DNA of 55,423 nt from Thermoanaerobaculia bacterium (lineage in GTDB: Bacteria > Acidobacteriota > Thermoanaerobaculia > Multivoradales > UBA5704). The notes below the pieces were generated by a model. It searched no databases. It was given only the letters and a program-made list of their open reading frames with translations, and was not told where the DNA came from. This document shows positions 43,901 to 52,673 of the stretch, piece after piece. The stretch covers positions 1-55,423 of the forward strand of contig DATDGZ010000306.1 in assembly GCA_036521795.1 (NCBI GenBank), given 5' to 3'. The translations under genes and the position numbers were made by a program. Positions within the stretch are counted from its first letter, which is position 1; each line of letters starts with the position of its first letter.

Positions 43901-46900
43901 GTGGGGAGCGAAGACGGGTCCCGCGCGGGAGGGCCGCGGCCGGCGCCGGTGCATGTGACGGCCGGGGAGGTGCTGGCGGGGCGCTTCGAGATCGTCCGCT
44001 TCATCGGCCACGGCGGGATGGGGGACGTCTACGAGGCCGAGGATCTCGAGCTGGGCGAGCGCGTAGCCTTGAAGACGGTGCGCCCCGAGATCGCCCACCT
44101 CAAAGGCGCCCTCGACCGCTTCCGGCGCGAGATCCAGCTGGCCCGCAAGGTCACCCACCCGAATGTGTGCCGCATCTTCGACCTGTTCCGCCACCGCCCG
44201 GAGGAGGCGGAGGGACAGGGGACGGAGATCAGCTTCCTCAGCATGGAGCTGCTCGGCGGTGAGACGCTCGAGGAGCGGCTGCGCCGCGGCGGCAGGCTGC
44301 GGCTGGAGGAAGCCCTGCCGATTGTGCGCCAGGTGGGAGAGGGATTGACGGCGGCGCACGACGCCGGAGTGATCCACCGCGATCTCAAGCCCGCCAACGT
44401 CATGCTGGTCCCGTCCTCGGGAGGCCTGCGCGCCGTGGTGACCGACTTCGGCCTCGCCCGCGCCCACGCCGAGGGAGAGGGTCGCGGTGGAAACCTGACC
44501 GTGCTTGGCGAGATCCTCGGCACGCCGTCCTACATGACGCCGGAGCAGGTCAGCGGCGGCGACGTTACGGCAGCGACCGACATCTATGCCTTCGGAGCGG
44601 TGGTCTACGAGATGGTCACCGGCAGCCCGCCATTCGTCGGCGAGAACCCCTTCTCGGTCGCCTTCAAACGCCTCAAGGAGGCGCCTCCGCCGCCGAGCCT
44701 GCGGGTGCCCGGCCTCGATCCCGTCTGGGAGGGCGCTATCCTGCGCTGCCTCGAGCGCTCGCCGGCCGACCGCTTCTCCCGGGCCCGCGAGGTGGCGGAG
44801 GCGATTGCGGGAGAGGAGAGAGGGAACGCGCCCTGGCGGCGCCGCCGCCGCCGCGGCGCCCTGGCGATCGCACTCCTGGTGGGCCTTGCGGCCGCCGGCG
44901 TCTGGCGGTGGACCGGGCGGCGCGGGCACGAACGGAGCCAGGGCGGCGGCCCTCTGCCGGCCAGCGCTCCCTCCTCGCCACGCAGAGCCGTGGCCGTCTT
45001 GGGATTCGACAACCTCTCCGGCAGTCCGGCGACCTCCTACCTGCAGGCCTCGCTGGTCCAGATGCTGCCTTCGGAGCTGGCCGCTGGAGGGCGCCTGCGG
45101 GTCGTGCCGAGCGAGGAGATCGAGCGCGTGCGCCGCGACCTGGGCATCACCACCGCCCGCAGCTTCGCGCCGGACACCCTCGCCAAGCTGCGTGAGCGCC
45201 TGGGCGCTGACCTGGTGATCGCCGGCTCCTATCTGGCGGTCGCTGCGCCGGCCGGCGGCCGCAGGATCCGCTGCGACCTGCAGATCCAGGATGCCGTGAG
45301 CGGGGAGACCGTGGCCACGCTGCAGGAGACCGGGACCGAGGCAGGCTTCCTCGACCTGGTTCCCCGGCTGGGCGAGGAGCTTCGCGCGCGCCTGCATACG
45401 GGTCCCCTCTCCGTTGCCGAGAGCGACGCCGTGAAGGCCTCGCTCCCCGCCAACGCGGAGGCCGCGCGGCTCTATGCCCAAGGCGTCGAGCAGCTGAACC
45501 GTCTCGACGCGGTAGCCGCCCGCGGCCTGTTCGAGAAGGCCCTGGTCTCCGATCCGAAGAACCCGCTCCTCCATGCCCGTCTAGCCGCCGCCTGGACGGC
45601 CTTGGGGTACGACAAGCGGGCGGCGGGCGAGATCAAGCAGGCCGCGGCGCTCGCCCAGGGCCTGTCGTTTGAGGAGAGACGGCAGATCGAAGCGCAATCC
45701 CGCGCCACCCTGGGCGATTGGGCGGGTGCGGCGGCGATTTACGGTGAGCTCGCTTCCTACTTCTCGGACAACCTGGACTACGGGCTGCAGCTGGCGCGCG
45801 CCCAGGTCCATACAGGACATGCCGCGGACGCTCTGCACACCGCCGACCAGCTCCGCCGCCTGCCCCCTCCGCTCGGCCGCGACCCCCGCATCGACCTCGC
45901 CGAGGCGGAGGCGGCCCTGGGTCTTTCCAGCTTCGAGCGAGCGCGCGACGCCGCGGTCCGCGCCGCCCGCAAAGGCGCCGAACAGAGGGCACTGGTCGTG
46001 GTGGCCTCGGGCCGCCTCGACGAGAGCAAGGCGCTGCTCTCGCTGGATCGCCTACAAGAGGCCCAGGGCGCCGCCGAGGAGTCGAGCCGCATCGCATCCG
46101 AAGCCGGCGACCTCGCCGCGGCCGCCCTGGCGCTCAACAGTGCCGGCGGCGTCCTGTTCGGCCGCGGCGACCTGGAAGGCGCCGAGAGAACGTTCGAGAA
46201 GGTCCTCAGTCTCAGCCGCCAGATCGGCAACGAGAAGCTGCGGGCCTTTGCTCTCGGCAACCTGGGGGTCTGCCGCCGCCGCCAGGGCGATCTGGCAGGG
46301 GCCCGCCGCAGCTACGAGGAGGCCGGGTCTGTCTTCCACAAGGTTGCCGACCGGGGGCACGAGGCTGCCATGCTGGAGAACCTGGCGGCGATCTTCTCGC
46401 AGGAAGGCCGTGGCGCGGAGGCACGGTCGCGCCACGGCGAGGCCCTGGCGATCTACCGCCAGCTCGGCCAGCGCAGCGGAGAGGCGACCGTTCTGCTCAA
46501 CCTCGGGTCCTTGGAGCTCGAGCAGGCGGATCTCGCGGGGGCGCAAGCGCTCCTCTCGCGCGCCGTGGCGATCTATCGCGAGATCGGCGAGGCGGGAGGT
46601 GCAGTCGAGGCCCAGGCGGCGATCGGCCAGGTGCTGATGCAGCGGGGCGACCTCGCGGCCGCGGGGCGTCTGCTGGAGGGGGCCGTAGCCGAGGCCGACC
46701 GGGTGGGCGAGAAGGGGACGGCGGCCGCCTTGCGCCTCATGCTCGCCGACCTCGAGCTGGGCAAGGGGCGTGCCCCGCTGGCGCAGGCCTATGCCCGCGC
46801 CGCGCTCGAGCAGTTGCGCGGCATGCACACGCGGGACCAAGAGGCCGAGGCCGGAGCGCTGCTGGCGCGGGCGCTCCTCGCTCAGCGCTCGATGGCGGAG

Positions 46901-47200
46901 GCGCGGAGCGCGATCGATGAGGCCGACCGGCTCGCGGCGCTGAGCCTGGACCCCGCAGTGAGGACATCGGTGGCGCTCGCCAAGGCCAGCGTCGTCGCGA
47001 CGGCAAGGCCCGAGGAGGCGATGCGAATTCTCGACGACGCCCTCGGCCAGGCCCAGGCGGCGGGGCTCGGGCAGAGCGCCCTCGAGCTGCGCCTCGCCAT
47101 GGGCGAGATCGAGATGGCAAGCCCGCGCGGCGACCGCGGCAGGCCGCCGGCCGCCTTGCGGCTCTCGAGAAAGAGGCCAGAAACCACGGCTTCCGGCTGA
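43901..47200 (+). CDS. Membrane-spanning Ser/Thr protein kinase with extracytoplasmic domain and TPR repeats
   Basis: Kinase motifs are GHGGMGDVYEA, VALK, HRDLKPANVM, DFGLAR and GTPSYMTPE. The TM helix is ALAIALLVGLAAAGVWRW, followed by VAVLGFDNLSG and long TPR-like repeats. The start is uncertain (GTG 43901 or an internal GTG). Confidence 0.85.
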   Translation: MGSEDGSRAGGPRPAPVHVTAGEVLAGRFEIVRFIGHGGMGDVYEAEDLELGERVALKTVRPEIAHLKGALDRFRREIQLARKVTHPNVCRIFDLFRHRPEEAEGQGTEISFLSMELLGGETLEERLRRGGRLRLEEALPIVRQVGEGLTAAHDAGVIHRDLKPANVMLVPSSGGLRAVVTDFGLARAHAEGEGRGGNLTVLGEILGTPSYMTPEQVSGGDVTAATDIYAFGAVVYEMVTGSPPFVGENPFSVAFKRLKEAPPPPSLRVPGLDPVWEGAILRCLERSPADRFSRAREVAEAIAGEERGNAPWRRRRRRGALAIALLVGLAAAGVWRWTGRRGHERSQGGGPLPASAPSSPRRAVAVLGFDNLSGSPATSYLQASLVQMLPSELAAGGRLRVVPSEEIERVRRDLGITTARSFAPDTLAKLRERLGADLVIAGSYLAVAAPAGGRRIRCDLQIQDAVSGETVATLQETGTEAGFLDLVPRLGEELRARLHTGPLSVAESDAVKASLPANAEAARLYAQGVEQLNRLDAVAARGLFEKALVSDPKNPLLHARLAAAWTALGYDKRAAGEIKQAAALAQGLSFEERRQIEAQSRATLGDWAGAAAIYGELASYFSDNLDYGLQLARAQVHTGHAADALHTADQLRRLPPPLGRDPRIDLAEAEAALGLSSFERARDAAVRAARKGAEQRALVVVASGRLDESKALLSLDRLQEAQGAAEESSRIASEAGDLAAAALALNSAGGVLFGRGDLEGAERTFEKVLSLSRQIGNEKLRAFALGNLGVCRRRQGDLAGARRSYEEAGSVFHKVADRGHEAAMLENLAAIFSQEGRGAEARSRHGEALAIYRQLGQRSGEATVLLNLGSLELEQADLAGAQALLSRAVAIYREIGEAGGAVEAQAAIGQVLMQRGDLAAAGRLLEGAVAEADRVGEKGTAAALRLMLADLELGKGRAPLAQAYARAALEQLRGMHTRDQEAEAGALLARALLAQRSMAEARSAIDEADRLAALSLDPAVRTSVALAKASVVATARPEEAMRILDDALGQAQAAGLGQSALELRLAMGEIEMASPRGDRGRPPAALRLSRKRPETTASG

Positions 47201-47582
47201 TCGCAGACCGGGCCGCCAAGCTGCTGGCGTCCGGCCGCTCCGCCCCCGGTTAGCGTTAGCGCTCCAGAGGTGTACAAGTCCCCCGGGCGGCCTGAGTCCT
47301 TTGGTCATCGATCGCCGGAGGCGGCGCCGGTCGCATGGCCGCCTGGAAACTCAATGCCGGTCCGGCCCGCGCATGCTGCCAGCGGCCGCACCCGCGGCGA
47401 GGCCGGAGTCCCGCCGGCGTAGATCACCCTGGGGTCGTGGTTTTCACTCTCGAACGAGCCCCATCGGCAAGAACGAACAGCCAGAAACCCTCCTTCGGAC
47501 GTTGGGTAAGGTCCAGGAGGGCACAGGTGCCCCCGCGGCCCGGCGGGTGTACACTCGGCGCACGGAAACACGAAGCCGCGGG

Positions 47583-49100
47583 ATGCTGGCGCCGAGGTGG
47601 CACACCCGGCGCTTGGTGGCATGGCTGGCGCTCGCCGCCACGACCGGGGGAGGCGTGGCCTGCTCGGGTGGGCCTGGCGGCGGCGCCGAGCCGCTCCGCC
47701 TGGTGTTCCACAGCGGTCCCCAGGGGCTCGATCCGCATCTGCACGACGAGCTCGCCACGCACTGGGTGCTGGACAACGTCTATGACTCGCTGGTCACCTT
47801 CGACGTGGACATGCACGTGCGGCCGGCGCTGGCGGCGGGTTGGGACAACCCCGACGATCTCACCTGGCGATTCCGGCTGCGCTCGGGCGTCCGGTTCCAT
47901 GACGGCCGGCCGCTGGGGGCGGCGGACGTGGTGGTGAGTCTCGAGCGTGCGCGCTCGCATCCGCGGAGCAAGATGTCGGGCTACCTGGTCGAGGTGGCGG
48001 CGGTGCGCGCCGTCGCTCCGCTCACGGTCGAGGTGCAGACGCGCCGGCCGTACCCGATCCTGCTCAACAAGCTGACCTTCATCGCCATCGTGCCGCGCGA
48101 CTCGCCGCCGCTGATCGCGCGGCCGGTGGGCACCGGTCCGTACCGCTTCGTCTCCTACGAGCCGGGCCGCAGCGTCGAGCTCGCGGCCTTCGACCGCGGC
48201 CGGACGCTGCGCGAAGCGGGCGAGCCGCGGGTGAGCATCGGCTTCGAGAGCGATGCGGCGAAGCGCGTCGAGCGCCTGGTCTCCGCCAAGGCGGACCTCA
48301 TCGCCGAGCTGCCATACAGATTCGCCGACCGGGTGCAGGCGGCGCCGGGCTGCGCGGTGCGCGCGGCCGGCGGCCTGGCGGTCGACTACCTGCAGCCGCG
48401 GGTGGACGCCCCGCCGTTCTCGGACCCGCGGGTGCGCCAGGCCATCAGCCTGGCCGTGGACCGCGAGGCGCTGGTGCGCTCCATGCTGCACGGCCGCGGC
48501 GCCCCGGCCGGCCAGATGGTCGGCCCCAAGGTGTTCGGTTATGCGCCGGAGATCCGGCCGCCGCGCCGTGACCTCGTGGCGGCTCGGCGGCTGCTCGCCG
48601 CGGCCGGCTACCCCGGCGGCCTCGACGCCGCCATCGAGTACCGCGACGGCCAGGACATCGCCCCCTTGCGCGCGCAGCTGGCCGAGGCCGGTATCCGCCT
48701 GCAGCCGCGGCCGCGGCCATGGAGCGAGCTCTACCCGCGCCTGCTGCGCGGGCAGGTGGCGTTCTACTACGGCAGCTGGCAGTGCGCCTCGGGCGACGCC
48801 AGCGATCTCTTCGACAACAAGATCCACACCCGCGATCCGGCACGCGGCTACGGCGACAGCAACTCCAACGGCTACGCCAACCCGGCGCTCGACAAGCTGA
48901 TCGAGAGCAGCGGCGCCACCCTCAACATGAACGAGCGCCGCCGCATCCTCGAGAGCGCCATGCGCCTGCTCGCCGCGGACCTGCCGTTGATCCCTCTCGC
49001 CGTCCCCTACAACCTCTACGGCGTCCGCACGGACCTCGCCTGGGCCCCGCGGCTCGACTCCCGCATCGCGGCCGCCAACATGCGGCGGGTGGAGGGGTAG
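47583..49100 (+). CDS. Family-5 (peptide/nickel-type) ABC substrate-binding lipoprotein
   Basis: Lipobox LALAATTGGGVAC. LRLVFHSGPQGLDPHL, YDSLVTFD, PALAAGWDNPDDLTWRFRLRSGVRFHDGRPL are the SBP_bac_5 pattern. No cognate permease or ATPase genes are nearby. Confidence 0.82.
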   Translation: MLAPRWHTRRLVAWLALAATTGGGVACSGGPGGGAEPLRLVFHSGPQGLDPHLHDELATHWVLDNVYDSLVTFDVDMHVRPALAAGWDNPDDLTWRFRLRSGVRFHDGRPLGAADVVVSLERARSHPRSKMSGYLVEVAAVRAVAPLTVEVQTRRPYPILLNKLTFIAIVPRDSPPLIARPVGTGPYRFVSYEPGRSVELAAFDRGRTLREAGEPRVSIGFESDAAKRVERLVSAKADLIAELPYRFADRVQAAPGCAVRAAGGLAVDYLQPRVDAPPFSDPRVRQAISLAVDREALVRSMLHGRGAPAGQMVGPKVFGYAPEIRPPRRDLVAARRLLAAAGYPGGLDAAIEYRDGQDIAPLRAQLAEAGIRLQPRPRPWSELYPRLLRGQVAFYYGSWQCASGDASDLFDNKIHTRDPARGYGDSNSNGYANPALDKLIESSGATLNMNERRRILESAMRLLAADLPLIPLAVPYNLYGVRTDLAWAPRLDSRIAAANMRRVEG

Positions 49101-50864
49101 TTGGCGGACGCGCGCGTGCGCAGGATCCGCAGCCTGCGGCTCCGTTTCGTGCTCGCCATCGCGACGCTGGTGGCGCTGGTGCTGGTGGCCAACAGCCTGG
49201 TGCTGGCGCTCGCCAACCGCCCCCACCTGCGCGAGGACCTCGAGAACCGCGCGCAGGCCTACGCGCGGCTGTCGACGGCGCAGCTCTGCAACGCCTACGA
49301 GACCTACTATGCCAGCGGGTACAGCAAGTTCCGCGAGATCGTGCAGGACAAGATGCAGCTCGAGCCCGATCTCGCCCGGCTGGCGATCTACGACACCGGC
49401 GGCCGCGTGCTGTTCGATTCGCGGGAGCTTGGCAACGAGCTCGGCGAGCCCGGCGAGCCCGTCGATCGCGGTGATCGCGGCGGTGATCGCGGCCAGCGCG
49501 CCGGCCGCGCCGATGGCCGGCAGGCGCCCGCCGCCGCCGGCGAGCGGCTGCTGGCGGCGGTGCAGGGCATGGCGCCGAGCGCCTGGCAAGCCGACGACGG
49601 CCGGACCTACGTGGTGGTGGCGCCGTACGTCGAGGAGTGGGGGCGGCACCGCTACTCGGTGGCCTTCACCTTCAGCTACGACAGCCTCCGCCTGGCGGCC
49701 CTGGCGGCGGGCTGGCACATCTTCTGGCTGTCGGCGGGCTCGCTCGCCCTGGGCGTGGCGATCGCCATCCTGCTGGCCGCGCAGAGCGTGGGTCCGATCG
49801 AAGTGCTGACCCGCGGCGCGCAGGACATCGCCGATGGGCACCTCGCGCGGCGCATCGAGCTCGCGACCGGCGACGAGTTCGGGGTGCTGGCCGCGACCTT
49901 CAACCAGATGGCGGAGAAGCTGGCCCGCACCATCTCCGATCTCGAGACCAGCAACCGTACCTTGGGCCAGATGAACCTCGACCTGCAGCAGATGGACCGG
50001 ATGAAGAGCGACCTGCTGGCGAACGTCAGCCACGAGCTGCGCACGCCGCTGACCGCCATCCAGGGCTACACCGAGGCGATGGACGAGGGCCTCCTGGGCG
50101 AGGTCACCGGGCAGCAGCGCGACGCGTTCAAGGTCGTGCAGCGCAACTCCCGCCGCCTGATGGGGATGATCGATCAGCTGCTGGCCTTCTCCCGCCTCGA
50201 CGTCCCCGACGCGCTTGGCTCCAACGAAGCCGGCGGCGCCAGGCTCGCCCAGACCGCGTTCGACCTCGCCGAGGTGGCGGCGCAGGTGGTGGGAAGCGTG
50301 CGCGCCGGCGACGGCGCCGCGCGCGACCTGCGGCTCGAAGTGCCGTCAGGCGCGGGCGGGCTGCCGCCGGTGTGGGGCGATCCGGGGCGCATCGGGCAGG
50401 TGCTCGAGAACCTGGTCACCAACGCGGTGAAGTTCACCCCGGCGGGCGGCGAGATCCGGGTGCGCCTCAGCCGGTGCGGCGAGGAGGCGGAGGTGGCGGT
50501 CGCCGACCGCGGCATCGGCATCCCGCCGGCGGCCAGGGCGAGGATCTTCGAGCGCTTCTACCAGGTCGACACGTCGTCGACACGCGCCTATGGTGGGATG
50601 GGGCTGGGCCTCGCCATCGTGCGCGAGATCCTCGCCGCGCACGGACGCGAGATCCAGGTCGAGAGCGAGGAGGGCAAGGGCACCACCTTCCGCTTCACGC
50701 TGCCGCTCGCCGGCGCCGGCGCGGGCGCGGTGCCGGCGGCCGAGGCGGCCGAGACGGGCACGGTGGCCGAGGTGGGCACGGTGGCCGGGACGGGCACGGT
50801 GGCCGAGGCGGCCATGGTGGCCGAGACGGCGATGGCGGCCGGGCCGCGGGAGGGTGCCGCGTGA
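49101..50864 (+). CDS. Sensor histidine kinase (2 TM, periplasmic domain, HAMP, HisKA, HATPase_c)
   Basis: The TTG start is directly adjacent to the SBP stop. H-box [15 protein letters not shown]-box [17 protein letters not shown] and [10 protein letters not shown] are present. Confidence 0.88.
   Translation: MADARVRRIRSLRLRFVLAIATLVALVLVANSLVLALANRPHLREDLENRAQAYARLSTAQLCNAYETYYASGYSKFREIVQDKMQLEPDLARLAIYDTGGRVLFDSRELGNELGEPGEPVDRGDRGGDRGQRAGRADGRQAPAAAGERLLAAVQGMAPSAWQADDGRTYVVVAPYVEEWGRHRYSVAFTFSYDSLRLAALAAGWHIFWLSAGSLALGVAIAILLAAQSVGPIEVLTRGAQDIADGHLARRIELATGDEFGVLAATFNQMAEKLARTISDLETSNRTLGQMNLDLQQMDRMKSDLLANVSHELRTPLTAIQGYTEAMDEGLLGEVTGQQRDAFKVVQRNSRRLMGMIDQLLAFSRLDVPDALGSNEAGGARLAQTAFDLAEVAAQVVGSVRAGDGAARDLRLEVPSGAGGLPPVWGDPGRIGQVLENLVTNAVKFTPAGGEIRVRLSRCGEEAEVAVADRGIGIPPAARARIFERFYQVDTSSTRAYGGMGLGLAIVREILAAHGREIQVESEEGKGTTFRFTLPLAGAGAGAVPAAEAAETGTVAEVGTVAGTGTVAEAAMVAETAMAAGPREGAA
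50751..50840 (+). repeat. In-frame tandem repeat, 5 x 18 bp, encoding hexapeptide repeats at the kinase C-terminus
   Basis: gagacgggcacggtggcc gaggtgggcacggtggcc gggacgggcacggtggcc gaggcggccatggtggcc gagacggcgatggcggcc encodes [30 protein letters not shown]. Confidence 0.85.
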
Positions 50865-51253
50865 GCAAGATCCTGGTCGTCGACGACGAGGAGGACGTGC
50901 TCGACGTGCTGCGGCTGGTGCTTGCCAAGAGCGGCTACGAGGTGCTCTCCGCGACCTCCGGGATGGCGGGGCTGACGCAGGCCGAGAGCCAGCTCCCCGA
51001 CCTGATCGTGCTCGACATCATGATGCAGCAGATGGACGGCTGGGAGGTGCTCAAGCTGCTCAAGCTCGACGAGCGCACCTCGAGCATCCCGGTGGTGATC
51101 CTGTCGGCGCGGGCCGAGCCGAAGGACAAGATCCGCGGCCTGCAGGAGGGCGCGATCGACTACGTGACCAAGCCCTTCGCGGTGCGCGAGATCCTGACCA
51201 AGGTCGCCGCCCTGCTCGGCCCACCGCCGCCCCGGACGGAGGGCCGCGAGTGA
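50861..51253 (+). CDS. Stand-alone receiver-domain response regulator
   Basis: GTGA overlap with the kinase stop. KILVVDDEEDV, LIVLDIMMQQMDG (acceptor Asp), VVILSA and YVTKPF are present. Confidence 0.88.
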   Translation: MSKILVVDDEEDVLDVLRLVLAKSGYEVLSATSGMAGLTQAESQLPDLIVLDIMMQQMDGWEVLKLLKLDERTSSIPVVILSARAEPKDKIRGLQEGAIDYVTKPFAVREILTKVAALLGPPPPRTEGRE

Positions 51254-52590
51254 GCGACCAGCAATACTGGGAGCTGCGCGCGGAGTGGCTGAAGCTGCGC
51301 GGCTATCTCTTCGATCCCAACACCGGCCTGCCGGCCCTGCCGGCGGTGATCGAGGACGTCCGCAGACGCCTCGAGGACGGCGAGCCGATGGGCCTGATCT
51401 ATCTCGACCTGGCGAGCGGCGAGCGGCTGGAGTCGATCTGCGGCTGGCAGACCTACGACCGGCTGCTCAAGCAGGTGACCACGGCGCTGCTCGAGTTCCG
51501 CGGCCGCTCGCTGACGCCGCGCGACGCCGTGGCGCTGACCGGGGTGCGCGGCGACGAGTTCCTGATCTTCGTCGGTCCGCGCGACGGGCAGGGGCTCGAC
51601 GAGCGCCGGCTGACGCGGCTGCGCGAGCGGTTGTCGGAGGAGCTCTACGGCCGGCTGCGTCTCGACATGGACAGCGAGATCCCGCAGGGCATCGCGGTCT
51701 CCTGTGGCAGCGCGCTGGTGCACACCGACCCGACGGTGCGCATCGAGCGCTCGATCTACCAGTCGATCGAGGAGGTGCGCACCATCTGCCGGCGGCAGCG
51801 CGAGCGCCGGCACGGCCTGCGCCTGAACGAGCTGCGCCGCATCCTGGCGACGCGCGACGTGCTGATCCGCTACCAGCCGATCGTGCGCCTGGACGACGGC
51901 ATCATCCACGGCTTCGAGGCGCTGTCGTCCGGCCCGCCGGGCGACATCTTCGAGAACCCCGAGATGCTGTTCTCCTTCGCCGAGGAGACCGAGCAGATCG
52001 TCGAGCTCGAGCGCCTCTGCCGGCTGCAGGCGATCCGCGGCGCGGCGCGCCTCAACGCGCCGCAGAAGCTGTTCATCAATTGCTCGGCGCATGGCTTCGT
52101 CGATCCGGACCTGGTGTCGGCGCCGATCCTCGAGGAGGTGCGCCAGGCGGGGCGGGATCCGCGCGACATCGTCTTCGAGGTCACCGAGCGGGTGGCGATC
52201 ACCGAGTGGAAGGAGTTCCGCGCCATCCTCGCGGCCCTGCGCGGCATCGGCTTCTCGATCGCCATCGATGACATGGGCGCGGGGTACTCCTCCCTGCAGA
52301 CGGTGGCCGAGGTCGAGCCCGACTACCTGAAGTTCGACATCTCGCTGGTGCGCGACATCCACCTGTCGCCGATCAAGCGCAACCTGCTCGAGACGCTGGT
52401 GGTGCTGGCGGACAAGATCCACGCCCAGGTGATCGCCGAGGGGGTGGAGAGCGCCGAGGAGTTCCACGCGCTGCGCGCCATGGGCGTGATGTTCGCGCAG
52501 GGCTTCTACTTCGCCGTGCCGGCGGCGCTCACCGGGCCTGCGCCGCTCGAGCTGCCGGAACATTTCAGGGCGATTGGCGAATCGGCTTAG
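51250..52590 (+). CDS. GGDEF (variant RGDEF motif) plus EAL domain protein, probable c-di-GMP phosphodiesterase
   Basis: GTGA overlap with the response regulator stop. GGDEF features are DPNTGLPALP and GVRGDEFLIFV. EAL features are YQPIV, GFEALSS, EVTE, AIDDMGAGYSSL, KFDISLV and EGVES. Confidence 0.85.
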   Translation: MSDQQYWELRAEWLKLRGYLFDPNTGLPALPAVIEDVRRRLEDGEPMGLIYLDLASGERLESICGWQTYDRLLKQVTTALLEFRGRSLTPRDAVALTGVRGDEFLIFVGPRDGQGLDERRLTRLRERLSEELYGRLRLDMDSEIPQGIAVSCGSALVHTDPTVRIERSIYQSIEEVRTICRRQRERRHGLRLNELRRILATRDVLIRYQPIVRLDDGIIHGFEALSSGPPGDIFENPEMLFSFAEETEQIVELERLCRLQAIRGAARLNAPQKLFINCSAHGFVDPDLVSAPILEEVRQAGRDPRDIVFEVTERVAITEWKEFRAILAALRGIGFSIAIDDMGAGYSSLQTVAEVEPDYLKFDISLVRDIHLSPIKRNLLETLVVLADKIHAQVIAEGVESAEEFHALRAMGVMFAQGFYFAVPAALTGPAPLELPEHFRAIGESA

Positions 52591-52606
52591 AACCGAGCGG
52601 GACATT

Positions 52607-52669
52607 AGCCCGCATTTCTCATGCCGGTTCGTCGCGAGGCGCCGCCAACGGGCTCGAGAAATGCGGGCT
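52607..52669. terminator. Candidate bidirectional terminator hairpin (14-bp perfect inverted repeat) between convergent genes
   Basis: AGCCCGCATTTCTC (52607-52620) and GAGAAATGCGGGCT (52656-52669) flank a 35-nt spacer, between the EAL stop (52590) and the SBP stop (52674). There is no clear U-tract, and the large loop makes it atypical. Confidence 0.4.
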
Positions 52670-52673
52670 GGCT

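Noticed and set aside
47201-47582. 380-nt gap upstream of the SBP-kinase operon, with a local hairpin CCCTCC-N22-GGAGGG and track ORFs on both strands.
   Set aside because: The ORFs are Arg/Pro-rich junk. The hairpin is short with a large loop, and I recognise no riboswitch or sRNA pattern. It is probably just the promoter and leader region.
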